A DNA stretch of 64,000 nt from a virus. The stretch spans positions 2,267-66,266 of IMG/VR virus record IMGVR_UViG_3300020170_000003; one strand, given 5' to 3'. Of the stretch, positions 50,959-60,363 are shown one piece after another; position 1 is the first letter of the stretch, and each line of letters opens with the position of its first letter. A program made the translations under genes and the position numbers. Under the pieces are notes generated by a model that worked only from the letters and a program-made list of their open reading frames with translations, was not told the DNA's origin and did no database searches.

Positions 50959-50961
50959 TCT

Positions 50962-51621
50962 ATGTGTCCTCTATTGAATCCCGGTTTGTCTGTATTGAGT
51001 AACCCTCTATTACTTGATACCTTCAATGTCATACGCAGGACTGAAACTGTGAATACTTCAGGTGAATCAGTTCTATCTCTCTCGGCATCGACTGGAATTT
51101 ACGGAGTAGTTAAACCTATAGGCGATAGGTTAGACCGTAAAGCAGATGACGATACAGACCAAAAAGACCTGAGAATATTTACCAAGTTTGCCTTGAGAGG
51201 ATCGGCAAGAGATGGAGCACCTACAAACTGGAAACCCGATTTAATATTCTGGCATGGCAATAATTTCATTGTAATAAACGTGCGCGATTGGGGAGCGTAT
51301 GGAATTGGCTATGTCGTAGCTGAATGTAATGCTATTGATGTAATATCGGCACCGCCTCAGGTAAATTCAGGACTAGGTAATTATGGAGTGTTAAATCCAT
51401 TTATCCCGCCGCCATCGCCCAAGGGAAGGCTACAAGCATATGCAGCCACGATAGTATCCAGTAATCAAGCGGCAATGCCAGTAGATGTAGATGCGGCAAA
51501 TATGATCTTGTTTAAGAATGGAGTTCTACAAATTTCGCCAGATCAATTCTCTGTAGCATCGCAGGTTATAACTATGGTTACGCCATTTGAAGCAGGGGAT
51601 GTGCTGGTGTTTTTTGCATGA
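50962..51621 (+). CDS. Head-closure protein with extra C-terminal domain
   Basis: N-half F.V.RR.E.V...G...PD.I.W.G..F.V..V.DW; C-half LFKNGVLQ...F.V....IT...GD.L fibre-associated module. Confidence 0.7.
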   Translation: MCPLLNPGLSVLSNPLLLDTFNVIRRTETVNTSGESVLSLSASTGIYGVVKPIGDRLDRKADDDTDQKDLRIFTKFALRGSARDGAPTNWKPDLIFWHGNNFIVINVRDWGAYGIGYVVAECNAIDVISAPPQVNSGLGNYGVLNPFIPPPSPKGRLQAYAATIVSSNQAAMPVDVDAANMILFKNGVLQISPDQFSVASQVITMVTPFEAGDVLVFFA

Positions 51622-54600
51622 AAATAATCCCAAAAAGTCTCACGGTAATACTTTTCTGCCTGTCATGCTTCGGACAGAACCTTCCCAACATATCCACGCA
51701 AACTAAAGGACAGTTACCAACCTCGCGTCTGAGTGGTCAAGGGGTAGCGGGATTATGTTTGCAAACGGATGGGTTAGGTGGAATGTCATTACTACCTTGT
51801 CCTGGCGCTTCTTCGGGAACGGTAACGCTATTCAGCGCAGGCAGTCTCTCGCAGTTATTCACTACTTCGGTAAGTAATCCGGCAACTACGCCCACGCTTA
51901 ACTTCGCCCTAGCTAGTTTCACAGCCCATACGTTCTATGGAAACAACACGTCAGGAACGGCTATTCCTGGAGCACAAAGCATAGGCTTAAGCGATCTTCC
52001 GGGATCAGGAAGCGTTACCGTCAATACGGCAGGGCCGTTAGGTGGTGGTGGTTCGCTAGCTTTGGGCGCAAGCCTAAATTTGACATGCGCAAGTTGTATA
52101 ACCAGTATTCCGCAACTAGCTATAACAAAAACTTTAGTAGCATCGAATTGGATCAACTCTTATGATTCAACTACAGGGCTATTCACTGCTACAAGGCCAG
52201 CCTATACAGACCTGATAGGACTTCCACAGCTTGCAGTTACTAAGACTGCAATAGCTTCTAACTGGCTAAGAAGCTTTGATTCTACGACTGGATTATTTAC
52301 AGCAACGCAACCTGCTACTTCTGATTTAAGTGACTTCCCTTCTCAAGCAGGCAATTCAGGTAAATTCCTAAGCACTAATGGAACGGTATTAAGCTTTGCG
52401 GCTGGTGGAACTGGTACAGTAACGTCATTTAGTTCTGGCAATCTATCGCCTCTATTTACTACATCGGTTGCAACGGCTACGACTACTCCATCGCAATCAT
52501 TCTCTTTGTCCACGGCTTCAGCCCATACATTCTTTGGCAATAATACGGCTTCAACCACTACACCTGCCTATTCAGTAATTGGAAACGGGGACTTGCCGGG
52601 AACTGGAGCGGTCACGCTGAATACTACGGCACCCATAACAGGTGGCGGCTCGGTAGCTCTTGGCAATGCGCTTACGTTTGCTTGTGCATCCTGTTTAACC
52701 AGCGTTACTGCCCATAATCTTCTAAGTGCAACGCATGGCGATACTACAACGCACGCAGTCTTACGGGGAGACTTAATTGCCGGAATAGGCGTAGTCCCGA
52801 CATGGACGGCGGTGGCCAAAGGTGGAACCAATACCTATCCAAAATGGAATGCAAGCGGAGATGTTATTTCTTCGACTCTTGCAGCATCCGGTATAGGTTC
52901 GCCAACATCATGTACGAATCAGGCTGTTACAGCGTTTACGTTATCAGCTGATGCCGCACCCACTTCTACCTGTACAACAATCACCAGCACATTTACTTCA
53001 GGAACTTTCTCGCCAAACGCCCATAATATTCTTTCGGTTTCGCATGGTGATACTACAGCAGCATCAGCAGTAAGAGGCGATGGATTTTTTGCCATAGGTG
53101 CATCCTCTACATGGCAGAGACTAGCTCATCCTGTTGCTACTGGAGGTTATTTCAAGTGGAACGGTACCGATGTAGTTGCATCAACGGGCGCTGCATCGGG
53201 AACTGGATCATGCGCATCGCACAGTTTTGAAACTGCTGATAATTCGGATGCTGCCCCAACCTGTACTCAGCCATCAGCTTCGGATTTAAGTGATGGAACA
53301 ACGGGAACGGGCGCAGTCGTAAGAGCTATATCTCCGGCTTTAACCGGAACTCCTACCAGTCCTACGCAATCAACTGGAGACAATACAACTGCGATAGCTA
53401 CGGATCAATTTGTAACTACAGCAATTAACAACGCTATCGCTGGAGTCAATCCGGCAGTTGCCGTACAAGCGGCATCGGCAGCGGTATTGCCAAATTCTCC
53501 AACTTACCTGAATGGAGCTAGTGGCATAGGTGCTACATTGACGGCAGGAGTAACAAATACTGCATTGGTAGTTGATGGATATACGCCAGTATTACTAGAT
53601 CGTATTCTAGTTAAGAATCAAGCGTCTTCCTTTCAGAATGGCGTGTACTCTGTTTCTCAGGTATCTGGCATCGGACTAGCGTGGATATTAACTCGTGCTT
53701 TAGATTACGATCAACCGTCCGACATGAATAATACGGGAGCAATCCCAGTAGCTAATGGGATAGTTAATTTAGATACATCATGGGTACAGACTTCACAAGT
53801 CACTACGGTTGGAACCGATGCGGTTACTTTTACTCAATTTAGTTTGAATCCAACTACACTAGTTGTAAATACTAGAAACATAAATACTACGAGTCCTATC
53901 ACTGGCGGGGGTAACTTAACCGCCGATAGAACAATTGCATGTGCAACATGCGTGACATCTTCTTCTCCCGGACCCGGAATAGCTCACTTTTCCGGATCGA
54001 CTCAAGCGGTTACCAGTTCTCCAATAACGTCTACTGACACTACAGGGACGTTTCCGGCCACGGCCCACAACTTACTATCGGCAACTCATGGCGACAGCAC
54101 CACGGGCACTGTAGCGCGAGGGGATGTCATTACAGGGCAAGGTGTAAGCGCGGCATGGGCGCGATTGGCTAAAGGTGCTGCGAGTCAATGTCTTCAGATG
54201 GATGGTACGGCAACGGATGTTACTTGGGGATCATGTGCTACTGGAGGGACTGGGGCATCCACTGCCGATACTTTTATTACCGTGGCTCATGATGCAGATT
54301 TAACCGCCGAGAGAATCCTGTCCTGTACCTCTGGTGATCTTACGTGTACCGATGGTGGGGCGAATAATGCTTTCACTCTGGATACAGGCGCGAATATTCC
54401 CAAGACCACGACATCTAATACGTACTCCACTGGCACATCGCAAAATATGGATACGATCACCGCGAAGTATTGGGGTAGTGCTCCTATATTCGATGCCACT
54501 AAGTACACTGGAACGGACATGTGCGATAAGATTGCAGCCGTTTATTCCGATGCTGTTTATATCGCAACCGCCGTATCAATCATTGATGCCCGTGGATTTA

Positions 54601-57098
54601 CTGGAAATCAGAATTGCGCCACGACGAATCCATTTGGCACAACCCATTCAACCAAGTGGATATTCAATGCAGGTTTACATGTTAATTTGACTAGATTCGC
54701 GGCTACACTTGGCCCAGCAACCTCTAGCCTGATTGCACCACCATCAGCCCCAACATTGGCCACGTCTACTACTACTGGCTCACTGGGAGCGGCTATCGGT
54801 GTTGGCGTTAAGGTAGAGTATGGAAACTTCGCTGGCCCTACGACGCCATCTTCTGAAGCCACAATTACTACAGGCGCAGGTACGACTAATATCGTCACCG
54901 TAACGTCTCCAGCCGTGGCATTTGGTGCAACGTGTTATGACGTTTTTTCTGCTACTCCAGTCGGGTCAGGATGGAAGAAGAATAATACTACTGGGTGTAT
55001 TCCGCTAGGCACGAATTATGTCATTAAGAACATCGGAGCGGGCGCAATTCCAGATACAACTAATCTTGCGGCAAACGATCAGTATGAAGTGGACTTCGGT
55101 AATTCCACATGGTCAGCCGGTAATAGCTCCGGCGCAATTATTGCGGGTATTTCCAATACCTACATACATGACTTAAAGTTTGTAAACAATGGCACGGCTA
55201 ATAATGGAAATGCTCTTGTCTATGTAAATAGTAATCTAACTAACGTCATTCTAGATCGTATCGACGTATCAGGCGCATTACATGGAGTTGCTTCATTTAC
55301 GAGCGGTAATATCCAAATAAGTAATATCCGCTGTTCTAACCCCACGGTAAGCGGGAGTTGCGTATTTGTCCTAACTGGAGACCATGTTAAGGTTTCAAAC
55401 GTATCAATGTATTCTGGCGTGTGGCCCACTGGCGGCAATCTACAAGGTGTAGTTAATCTTAGCGGTTGTATCGATTGTAGCGTGGATGGTGTAACGGCAA
55501 ACAATCTTGACATTTCCAATCTGGTTAATGGCGCAGCCATAATCGTGCAGGGCAGCAGCTTGCGCACTAATATTAATGACGTGAGTTGTGACGGACTTAT
55601 AAATTCTGACTGTGTTCTTATTACTGCCATGTCGCTACAAACGAACATTACGAATGTGAACTGTGCCAATACGAAAGTAGGCACTGGGGCTGGCATCGGG
55701 GCCAATGCTAACAACGGTGATTGCCTGGACTTTTTTAGTGCGGGTCGCGTGAATGCTACCAGCATAAACTGCCAAAGTATGGGACTAGTCGGAGGTCAAC
55801 AATTCCCCTGTTATGAGGTATTTAACGTAAGCGAAGTAGCCCTTAATAACTTAAACGCATATGACTCATCTGGCATCGGCCTGCGATTATTTGGCACTAC
55901 GGGGGCCACGATCACGGGCGGGCATTTTAATCGCAATAAGGGCTCTGGCATTCAGGTTGAAGATACGTCTGCTGTAGTTACTTGTAATAACACTACCACG
56001 GTCACTTATGTCAGCGGCCAACCATTTGGCCCTTGGGCACCAGGAACCACGGTTCAAATAGGCGCTGGCCCTACTGCATTTCAATTGGCTTCCGTCCCTA
56101 CATCAAGCAACACAATCACGCTTACCGCAGCCTGTAACCTCGGTGCATCTCAGGCGTTCAGCGTATACTCACAAGATACGCATATTGTCGGAGTACAAGC
56201 AGACGATAACGGACAAGGATTAGGTGGAGCTAATACACAGAGTGGTATTAGTGTACTTGGTCATTCTCAGGTGGATGTAGTTGGCGGTAGCATGAACGAC
56301 AACCGCGCCACTGCTAGCAAGACCCAGCAATGGGGAATCAGCGCAACCCCAGCGGGTGGGCAGACGGCAAGGATGCGCGTGATAGGAGCAGATTTTACAA
56401 ATAATCTAGGTGCAACATGCTCCGGCACAGAATATGGTGCGAATGTTACTGGGAACCATGGGGCCTGCGACGGCAATAAACTTAGTGCATTCTTGTTTGA
56501 TGATAACGTGGGGCCGAAGTGGACAATCGGGGCAGCCTCAACAGTAGATGCTTCGCTAAATATTCCAGCTGGTACTACTCCTACAACTCCAGTAGCAGGT
56601 GATTTTTGGAACGATGCTACCTCAGTAACCTACCGTGATCCTACATCTGGTATCAATCAATATATCCCGAAGAAAATATATCTCACAGGGAATTATACGA
56701 ACTCAACCACTAGCTTAACGAATGTGACCAGTGGTAATACGCTAGCCTTCGCGGTTGCGGCAAACAAAGATTACGCAATCACATGCGAACTATTTTACCA
56801 AACTGCATCAACGGGTGGTTTGCAAATAGGATTTACTGGCCCTGCGTCTCCTACGGCGGTAAATTACTCTGTGATGGTTGGCACTACTGCGACAACAATA
56901 AATAACGGCGAAGCAACGGCATTCACCACAAAGATTCCCACTGTGGGTGTAGCCGCTACGGCAACGACTAACTTCCCGGCACATGTGGCCTTAATGCTTA
57001 GAAACGGAGCTAATGCGGGAACGGTGACACTTCAGGCAGCAAGCGTGGCAGCTGTCCAGTTAACTATCAATAACACATCATTCTGCACGGTACAGTGA
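51618..57098 (+). CDS. Giant (1826 aa) signal-peptide-bearing fibre/adhesin with right-handed beta-helix (depolymerase-like) region
   Basis: MKIIPKSLTVILFCLSCFG|Q; internal duplications; LVVDG...DRILVKNQ...QNGVY...W.LTRA.D.D virion module; Asn/Gly/Val beta-helix coils in the C-terminal part. Confidence 0.7.
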   Translation: MKIIPKSLTVILFCLSCFGQNLPNISTQTKGQLPTSRLSGQGVAGLCLQTDGLGGMSLLPCPGASSGTVTLFSAGSLSQLFTTSVSNPATTPTLNFALASFTAHTFYGNNTSGTAIPGAQSIGLSDLPGSGSVTVNTAGPLGGGGSLALGASLNLTCASCITSIPQLAITKTLVASNWINSYDSTTGLFTATRPAYTDLIGLPQLAVTKTAIASNWLRSFDSTTGLFTATQPATSDLSDFPSQAGNSGKFLSTNGTVLSFAAGGTGTVTSFSSGNLSPLFTTSVATATTTPSQSFSLSTASAHTFFGNNTASTTTPAYSVIGNGDLPGTGAVTLNTTAPITGGGSVALGNALTFACASCLTSVTAHNLLSATHGDTTTHAVLRGDLIAGIGVVPTWTAVAKGGTNTYPKWNASGDVISSTLAASGIGSPTSCTNQAVTAFTLSADAAPTSTCTTITSTFTSGTFSPNAHNILSVSHGDTTAASAVRGDGFFAIGASSTWQRLAHPVATGGYFKWNGTDVVASTGAASGTGSCASHSFETADNSDAAPTCTQPSASDLSDGTTGTGAVVRAISPALTGTPTSPTQSTGDNTTAIATDQFVTTAINNAIAGVNPAVAVQAASAAVLPNSPTYLNGASGIGATLTAGVTNTALVVDGYTPVLLDRILVKNQASSFQNGVYSVSQVSGIGLAWILTRALDYDQPSDMNNTGAIPVANGIVNLDTSWVQTSQVTTVGTDAVTFTQFSLNPTTLVVNTRNINTTSPITGGGNLTADRTIACATCVTSSSPGPGIAHFSGSTQAVTSSPITSTDTTGTFPATAHNLLSATHGDSTTGTVARGDVITGQGVSAAWARLAKGAASQCLQMDGTATDVTWGSCATGGTGASTADTFITVAHDADLTAERILSCTSGDLTCTDGGANNAFTLDTGANIPKTTTSNTYSTGTSQNMDTITAKYWGSAPIFDATKYTGTDMCDKIAAVYSDAVYIATAVSIIDARGFTGNQNCATTNPFGTTHSTKWIFNAGLHVNLTRFAATLGPATSSLIAPPSAPTLATSTTTGSLGAAIGVGVKVEYGNFAGPTTPSSEATITTGAGTTNIVTVTSPAVAFGATCYDVFSATPVGSGWKKNNTTGCIPLGTNYVIKNIGAGAIPDTTNLAANDQYEVDFGNSTWSAGNSSGAIIAGISNTYIHDLKFVNNGTANNGNALVYVNSNLTNVILDRIDVSGALHGVASFTSGNIQISNIRCSNPTVSGSCVFVLTGDHVKVSNVSMYSGVWPTGGNLQGVVNLSGCIDCSVDGVTANNLDISNLVNGAAIIVQGSSLRTNINDVSCDGLINSDCVLITAMSLQTNITNVNCANTKVGTGAGIGANANNGDCLDFFSAGRVNATSINCQSMGLVGGQQFPCYEVFNVSEVALNNLNAYDSSGIGLRLFGTTGATITGGHFNRNKGSGIQVEDTSAVVTCNNTTTVTYVSGQPFGPWAPGTTVQIGAGPTAFQLASVPTSSNTITLTAACNLGASQAFSVYSQDTHIVGVQADDNGQGLGGANTQSGISVLGHSQVDVVGGSMNDNRATASKTQQWGISATPAGGQTARMRVIGADFTNNLGATCSGTEYGANVTGNHGACDGNKLSAFLFDDNVGPKWTIGAASTVDASLNIPAGTTPTTPVAGDFWNDATSVTYRDPTSGINQYIPKKIYLTGNYTNSTTSLTNVTSGNTLAFAVAANKDYAITCELFYQTASTGGLQIGFTGPASPTAVNYSVMVGTTATTINNGEATAFTTKIPTVGVAATATTNFPAHVALMLRNGANAGTVTLQAASVAAVQLTINNTSFCTVQ

Positions 57099-57157
57099 TA
57101 GTTAGAATTTAAATGTATAGTAATAAAAGTTCTAAAGTCTTGCGGTAAGATAAATCT

Positions 57158-57829
57158 ATGAGCACATCGGCCACGGGTGGATACTTAATCCCGATAGCTA
57201 CTAATGCTATTGAAGACGAATCCCTACGTGTGTTCTTTCAGCAAATAGTTTCAGGGATAACTGGAATAAATGGAACTATGGTTAGACCACGCTGGCAGGT
57301 AGAGCCACCTAATATGCCATCATTCGGAACGGATTGGGCAAGTATAGGGGTGGTAAAAAGACAGCGCGACGTGAATGCCTACGTAAAGCATGTGAGCAGA
57401 AATGATACGAATGGAAATAATATTGGCACCGATTTTGTCCATCGCACTGAAGTCCTAGATATTCTCTGCTCTTTCTATGGACCTAACTGTGAAAGTAAGT
57501 CAGAATTACTGGCCATGGGGCTAGAGGTAGATCAAAACCGCGAAATCATGCAACAGTTGGGATATGGTCTAATCTGCGTTGAAGATGCTGTAATGCTGGC
57601 CGACTTACAGAACGATAGATGGCTGACAAGGATTGATCTTCCATTCCAGATGAGACGCGCACAACTCTACCAATATCCAGTCCTAGATATAATCGCAGCC
57701 CAAGGAACAATTGTAGAGGACATTGGCGGGGTCAATGTTACAATTCAGGTGGCACAGCAACCATCATTCGGATTTAACGTAAGCAATGGAATCGTGCAAG
57801 GGTTTGGTACTGGAAATTGGATGCCCTAA
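57158..57829 (+). CDS. Tail terminator / neck protein
   Basis: STSATGGYL...GI.GTMVRPRWQ.EPP...E...LCSFYGP...GL...QN...W..R.DL. Confidence 0.75.
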   Translation: MSTSATGGYLIPIATNAIEDESLRVFFQQIVSGITGINGTMVRPRWQVEPPNMPSFGTDWASIGVVKRQRDVNAYVKHVSRNDTNGNNIGTDFVHRTEVLDILCSFYGPNCESKSELLAMGLEVDQNREIMQQLGYGLICVEDAVMLADLQNDRWLTRIDLPFQMRRAQLYQYPVLDIIAAQGTIVEDIGGVNVTIQVAQQPSFGFNVSNGIVQGFGTGNWMP

Positions 57830-57861
57830 AAGTCTTGCGGTGAGACTAGGAGATTGAAAGT

Positions 57862-59352
57862 ATGGCGATACCTAACACATTACCAGTAAGCAGACTAATT
57901 AATGTCACGGTAAGTCTCCTACCTACAGCCGCGCAATCCCAAAATCTTAGTTCCTGTCTGGTAATCGGTAGCAGCACGGTAATTGATGTAGTTTCCAGAA
58001 TGAGAAGCTACAATACGCTTACTGCCGTGGCTACAGACTTCGGAACATCTGCACCAGAATATCTTGCAGCTAATCTCTGGTTTCAGCAAAACCCACAGCC
58101 CCAGCAATTGTTAATTGGAAGGTGGGCAAAGACTGCCAGCTCTGGGCAATTGTTTTGTGGCCCATTGTTGGCAGCGAATCTTCTGTTGACTGCATGGACT
58201 GGAATTACGACAGGGTCGTTCAAGGTGCAAGTTGATGGCGGCTCGCTGCAAAGCATACTCAGTCTGAATTTCTCCGCTGCCTTAAGTCTTTCTGGAGTGG
58301 CTGGAATCATTACAGCGGCAATCACGGGTGCAGTTTGTACTTATGATTCAGTGAACAGTCGATTCGTATTTACTAGTTCAACTACAGGCGCAACTAGCAG
58401 CGTATCCTTCCTTACGGCTGGAGCAAGCGGAGTCGATATCAGTAACCAGCTTAACGGAAGAAATACGGCTGGTAATGGGGCGTATGTCGCAAACGGAATT
58501 GTCGCAGAATCGGCTCTAGCAGCGGCCACGATATTCGATGGTATCTTTGGGCAGCAATGGTACGGACTGGTCGCTCCTGAGGCCGTAGACGCTGACCACA
58601 TAGCTGTTGCTGGGTTCATTGAAGGCACAAATACCAAGCATTACTATGGAGTAACCACGCAATCGGCTGGAGTATTGGTTCCGGCAACGACAAGCGATAT
58701 TGCATCAGTTCTACAAGCTCTCGGATACAACAAAACGGCAGTCCAGTACAGCAGCCAAAGCGCGTATGCGGTAATGAGTTATCTTGCGCGAATCCTGCCA
58801 ACGGACTACACCGGAAACCAGACAGTAATTACGTTGATGTACAAACAAGAGCCAGGAATCGTGGCCGAAAATTTGACGGCAACTCAGGCCAACAGCGTAG
58901 CGCAAAAGAATGCCAATGTGTTTGTGGCCTACAACAACAACACGGCCATTATTCAAAATGGTGTAAGCTGCTCAGGACAATTCACGGATACCATTGTAGG
59001 AGCAGATGCGTTTGCTATCGCAATCCAAACGGCACTCTACAATCAGTTATTCACGATTCCCACTAAGGTAGCGCAGACAGATAGAGGCATGCACATCTTG
59101 ACCACGGCTGTAACGGCGGTCTGCATTCAATATGTACAGGATGGATACCTTGCGCCTGGAACGTGGACATCAGCTGGTTTTGGGTCACTCAATACTAACG
59201 ATCTAATGCCGGGATATTATGTTTACGCCCCGCCAGTATCAACACAATCGGCAGCGGCAAGAGCTGCAAGAATTGCCGTACCGATTCAAGTGGCGGCGAA
59301 ACTAGCAGGGGCAGTGCATACGGCCAGCGTAGCGATAACGGTCAATCCGTAA
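57862..59352 (+). CDS. Contractile tail sheath (DUF3383 type)
   Basis: LPVSRLINV.V...PEY.AA...F.Q.PQP..L.IGRW, TLMYKQEPGI, GYYVYA...R.AR...PIQ.A.KLAGAVH. Confidence 0.9.
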   Translation: MAIPNTLPVSRLINVTVSLLPTAAQSQNLSSCLVIGSSTVIDVVSRMRSYNTLTAVATDFGTSAPEYLAANLWFQQNPQPQQLLIGRWAKTASSGQLFCGPLLAANLLLTAWTGITTGSFKVQVDGGSLQSILSLNFSAALSLSGVAGIITAAITGAVCTYDSVNSRFVFTSSTTGATSSVSFLTAGASGVDISNQLNGRNTAGNGAYVANGIVAESALAAATIFDGIFGQQWYGLVAPEAVDADHIAVAGFIEGTNTKHYYGVTTQSAGVLVPATTSDIASVLQALGYNKTAVQYSSQSAYAVMSYLARILPTDYTGNQTVITLMYKQEPGIVAENLTATQANSVAQKNANVFVAYNNNTAIIQNGVSCSGQFTDTIVGADAFAIAIQTALYNQLFTIPTKVAQTDRGMHILTTAVTAVCIQYVQDGYLAPGTWTSAGFGSLNTNDLMPGYYVYAPPVSTQSAAARAARIAVPIQVAAKLAGAVHTASVAITVNP

Positions 59353-59372
59353 AAGTTTTTATGATAATTAAA

Positions 59373-59504
59373 ATGAAACAATATTGGGAAGACTCAGAAG
59401 TACGAGGGCTAGCAACGGAACACACGTTTGTTTCTGCACAACGCGAAGATCATGCCTGTTCCATTTGTGGAATGCTTCATAAATTAAAGGCGCCAAAACG
59501 TTAA
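59373..59504 (+). CDS. Small moron (43 aa) between sheath and tube
   Basis: MKQYWEDSEVRGLATEHTFVSAQREDHACSICGMLHKLKAPKR; operator-like site at 59355-59368. Confidence 0.35.
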   Translation: MKQYWEDSEVRGLATEHTFVSAQREDHACSICGMLHKLKAPKR

Positions 59505-59522
59505 GGTTAGGAGATAAATACC

Positions 59523-59993
59523 ATGCCGGGACAGGTAGCGTTTACATACTCATTCAAAGACGTTCAAGCCACGCTTACGGGGCCGGGCGGTAGCATCTCT
59601 CTGGGCAATGGAGCGGGGAACGCGGAAGAAGGAATTACTTGTGAGCAGATTGAAGACAAGACTTCATGGCAGGTAGGAGCTGACGGTTCCGTAGCTTTTA
59701 GTCTTCATGCTGCCCAGATTTACCGCGTAACAATTCGGCTGCTTAAGACAAGTCCCACGAATCAGCAGTTATCGCAAATGCTCACGTTTCAAAGAACAAG
59801 CTCCCTATTCTGGGGGCAGAATACTATCGTAGTGAGCAACGTAATTACTGGCGATCAATACAACGGAGCACAGGCGGCATTCGTTAAATTCCCTGCCAAC
59901 AACTATGCTAAAGAAGCGAGAAACGTGGAATGGGAATTGGTCGTAGGCCACATGACGGAGATTCTTGGCGGGGCAGGATTGCTGATTACATAA
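59523..59993 (+). CDS. Tail tube protein (DUF3277 type)
   Basis: YSFKDV.ATL.GPGG...G.G.AEEGIT...GADG...VTIRLLKTSP.N..L. Confidence 0.85.
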   Translation: MPGQVAFTYSFKDVQATLTGPGGSISLGNGAGNAEEGITCEQIEDKTSWQVGADGSVAFSLHAAQIYRVTIRLLKTSPTNQQLSQMLTFQRTSSLFWGQNTIVVSNVITGDQYNGAQAAFVKFPANNYAKEARNVEWELVVGHMTEILGGAGLLIT

Positions 59994-60026
59994 AAGTCTT
60001 ACTGTAAGACTGCGAGGGACGAACAA

Positions 60027-60363
60027 TGGTGATATTTCTACCTTTCCTTGTGTGCATCATTGGGGCGATTATCGTCCTGATTACCTATCCCCAAAATAAC
60101 AGATGGACTGAAATAGGCAGGGCTATGCTTTGGATGGGGCTGGTAGCCTTCCTGCTCACATATCATGGGCAACCTTTCACGGTTACAAGGTAAGAAGAGG
60201 TAAAGATGGTTTCATTATGGCAGCAGTCAAGAAAACCCAAAAATGCCCCAAGTGCAGAGGATTCGGGCAAACTACTTGCCCGAAGTGCAAAGGCGAAGGT
60301 GAAATAGTTGTTGCCATAGACGGTAAACCGATAAATACCAAGAAAGCAGCAGCGGGAAAATGA
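60027..60363 (+). other. Two tiny morons: 2-TM protein (from 60027) and DnaJ-type Zn-finger peptide (~60217..60363)
   Basis: MVIFLPFLVCIIGAIIVLITY...; CPKCRGFG..CPKCKGEG. Confidence 0.45.

Noticed and set aside
51618-57098. Diversity-generating retroelement acting on the fibres
   Set aside because: No reverse transcriptase and no adenine-only mismatched TR/VR pair; the repeats are ordinary protein duplications
1289-58956. Numerous minus-strand ORFs in the track (e.g. 1289..1879, 14975..15463, 38826..39302, 55220..55765)
   Set aside because: Antisense shadows of well-supported plus-strand genes, with no RBS or recognisable motifs
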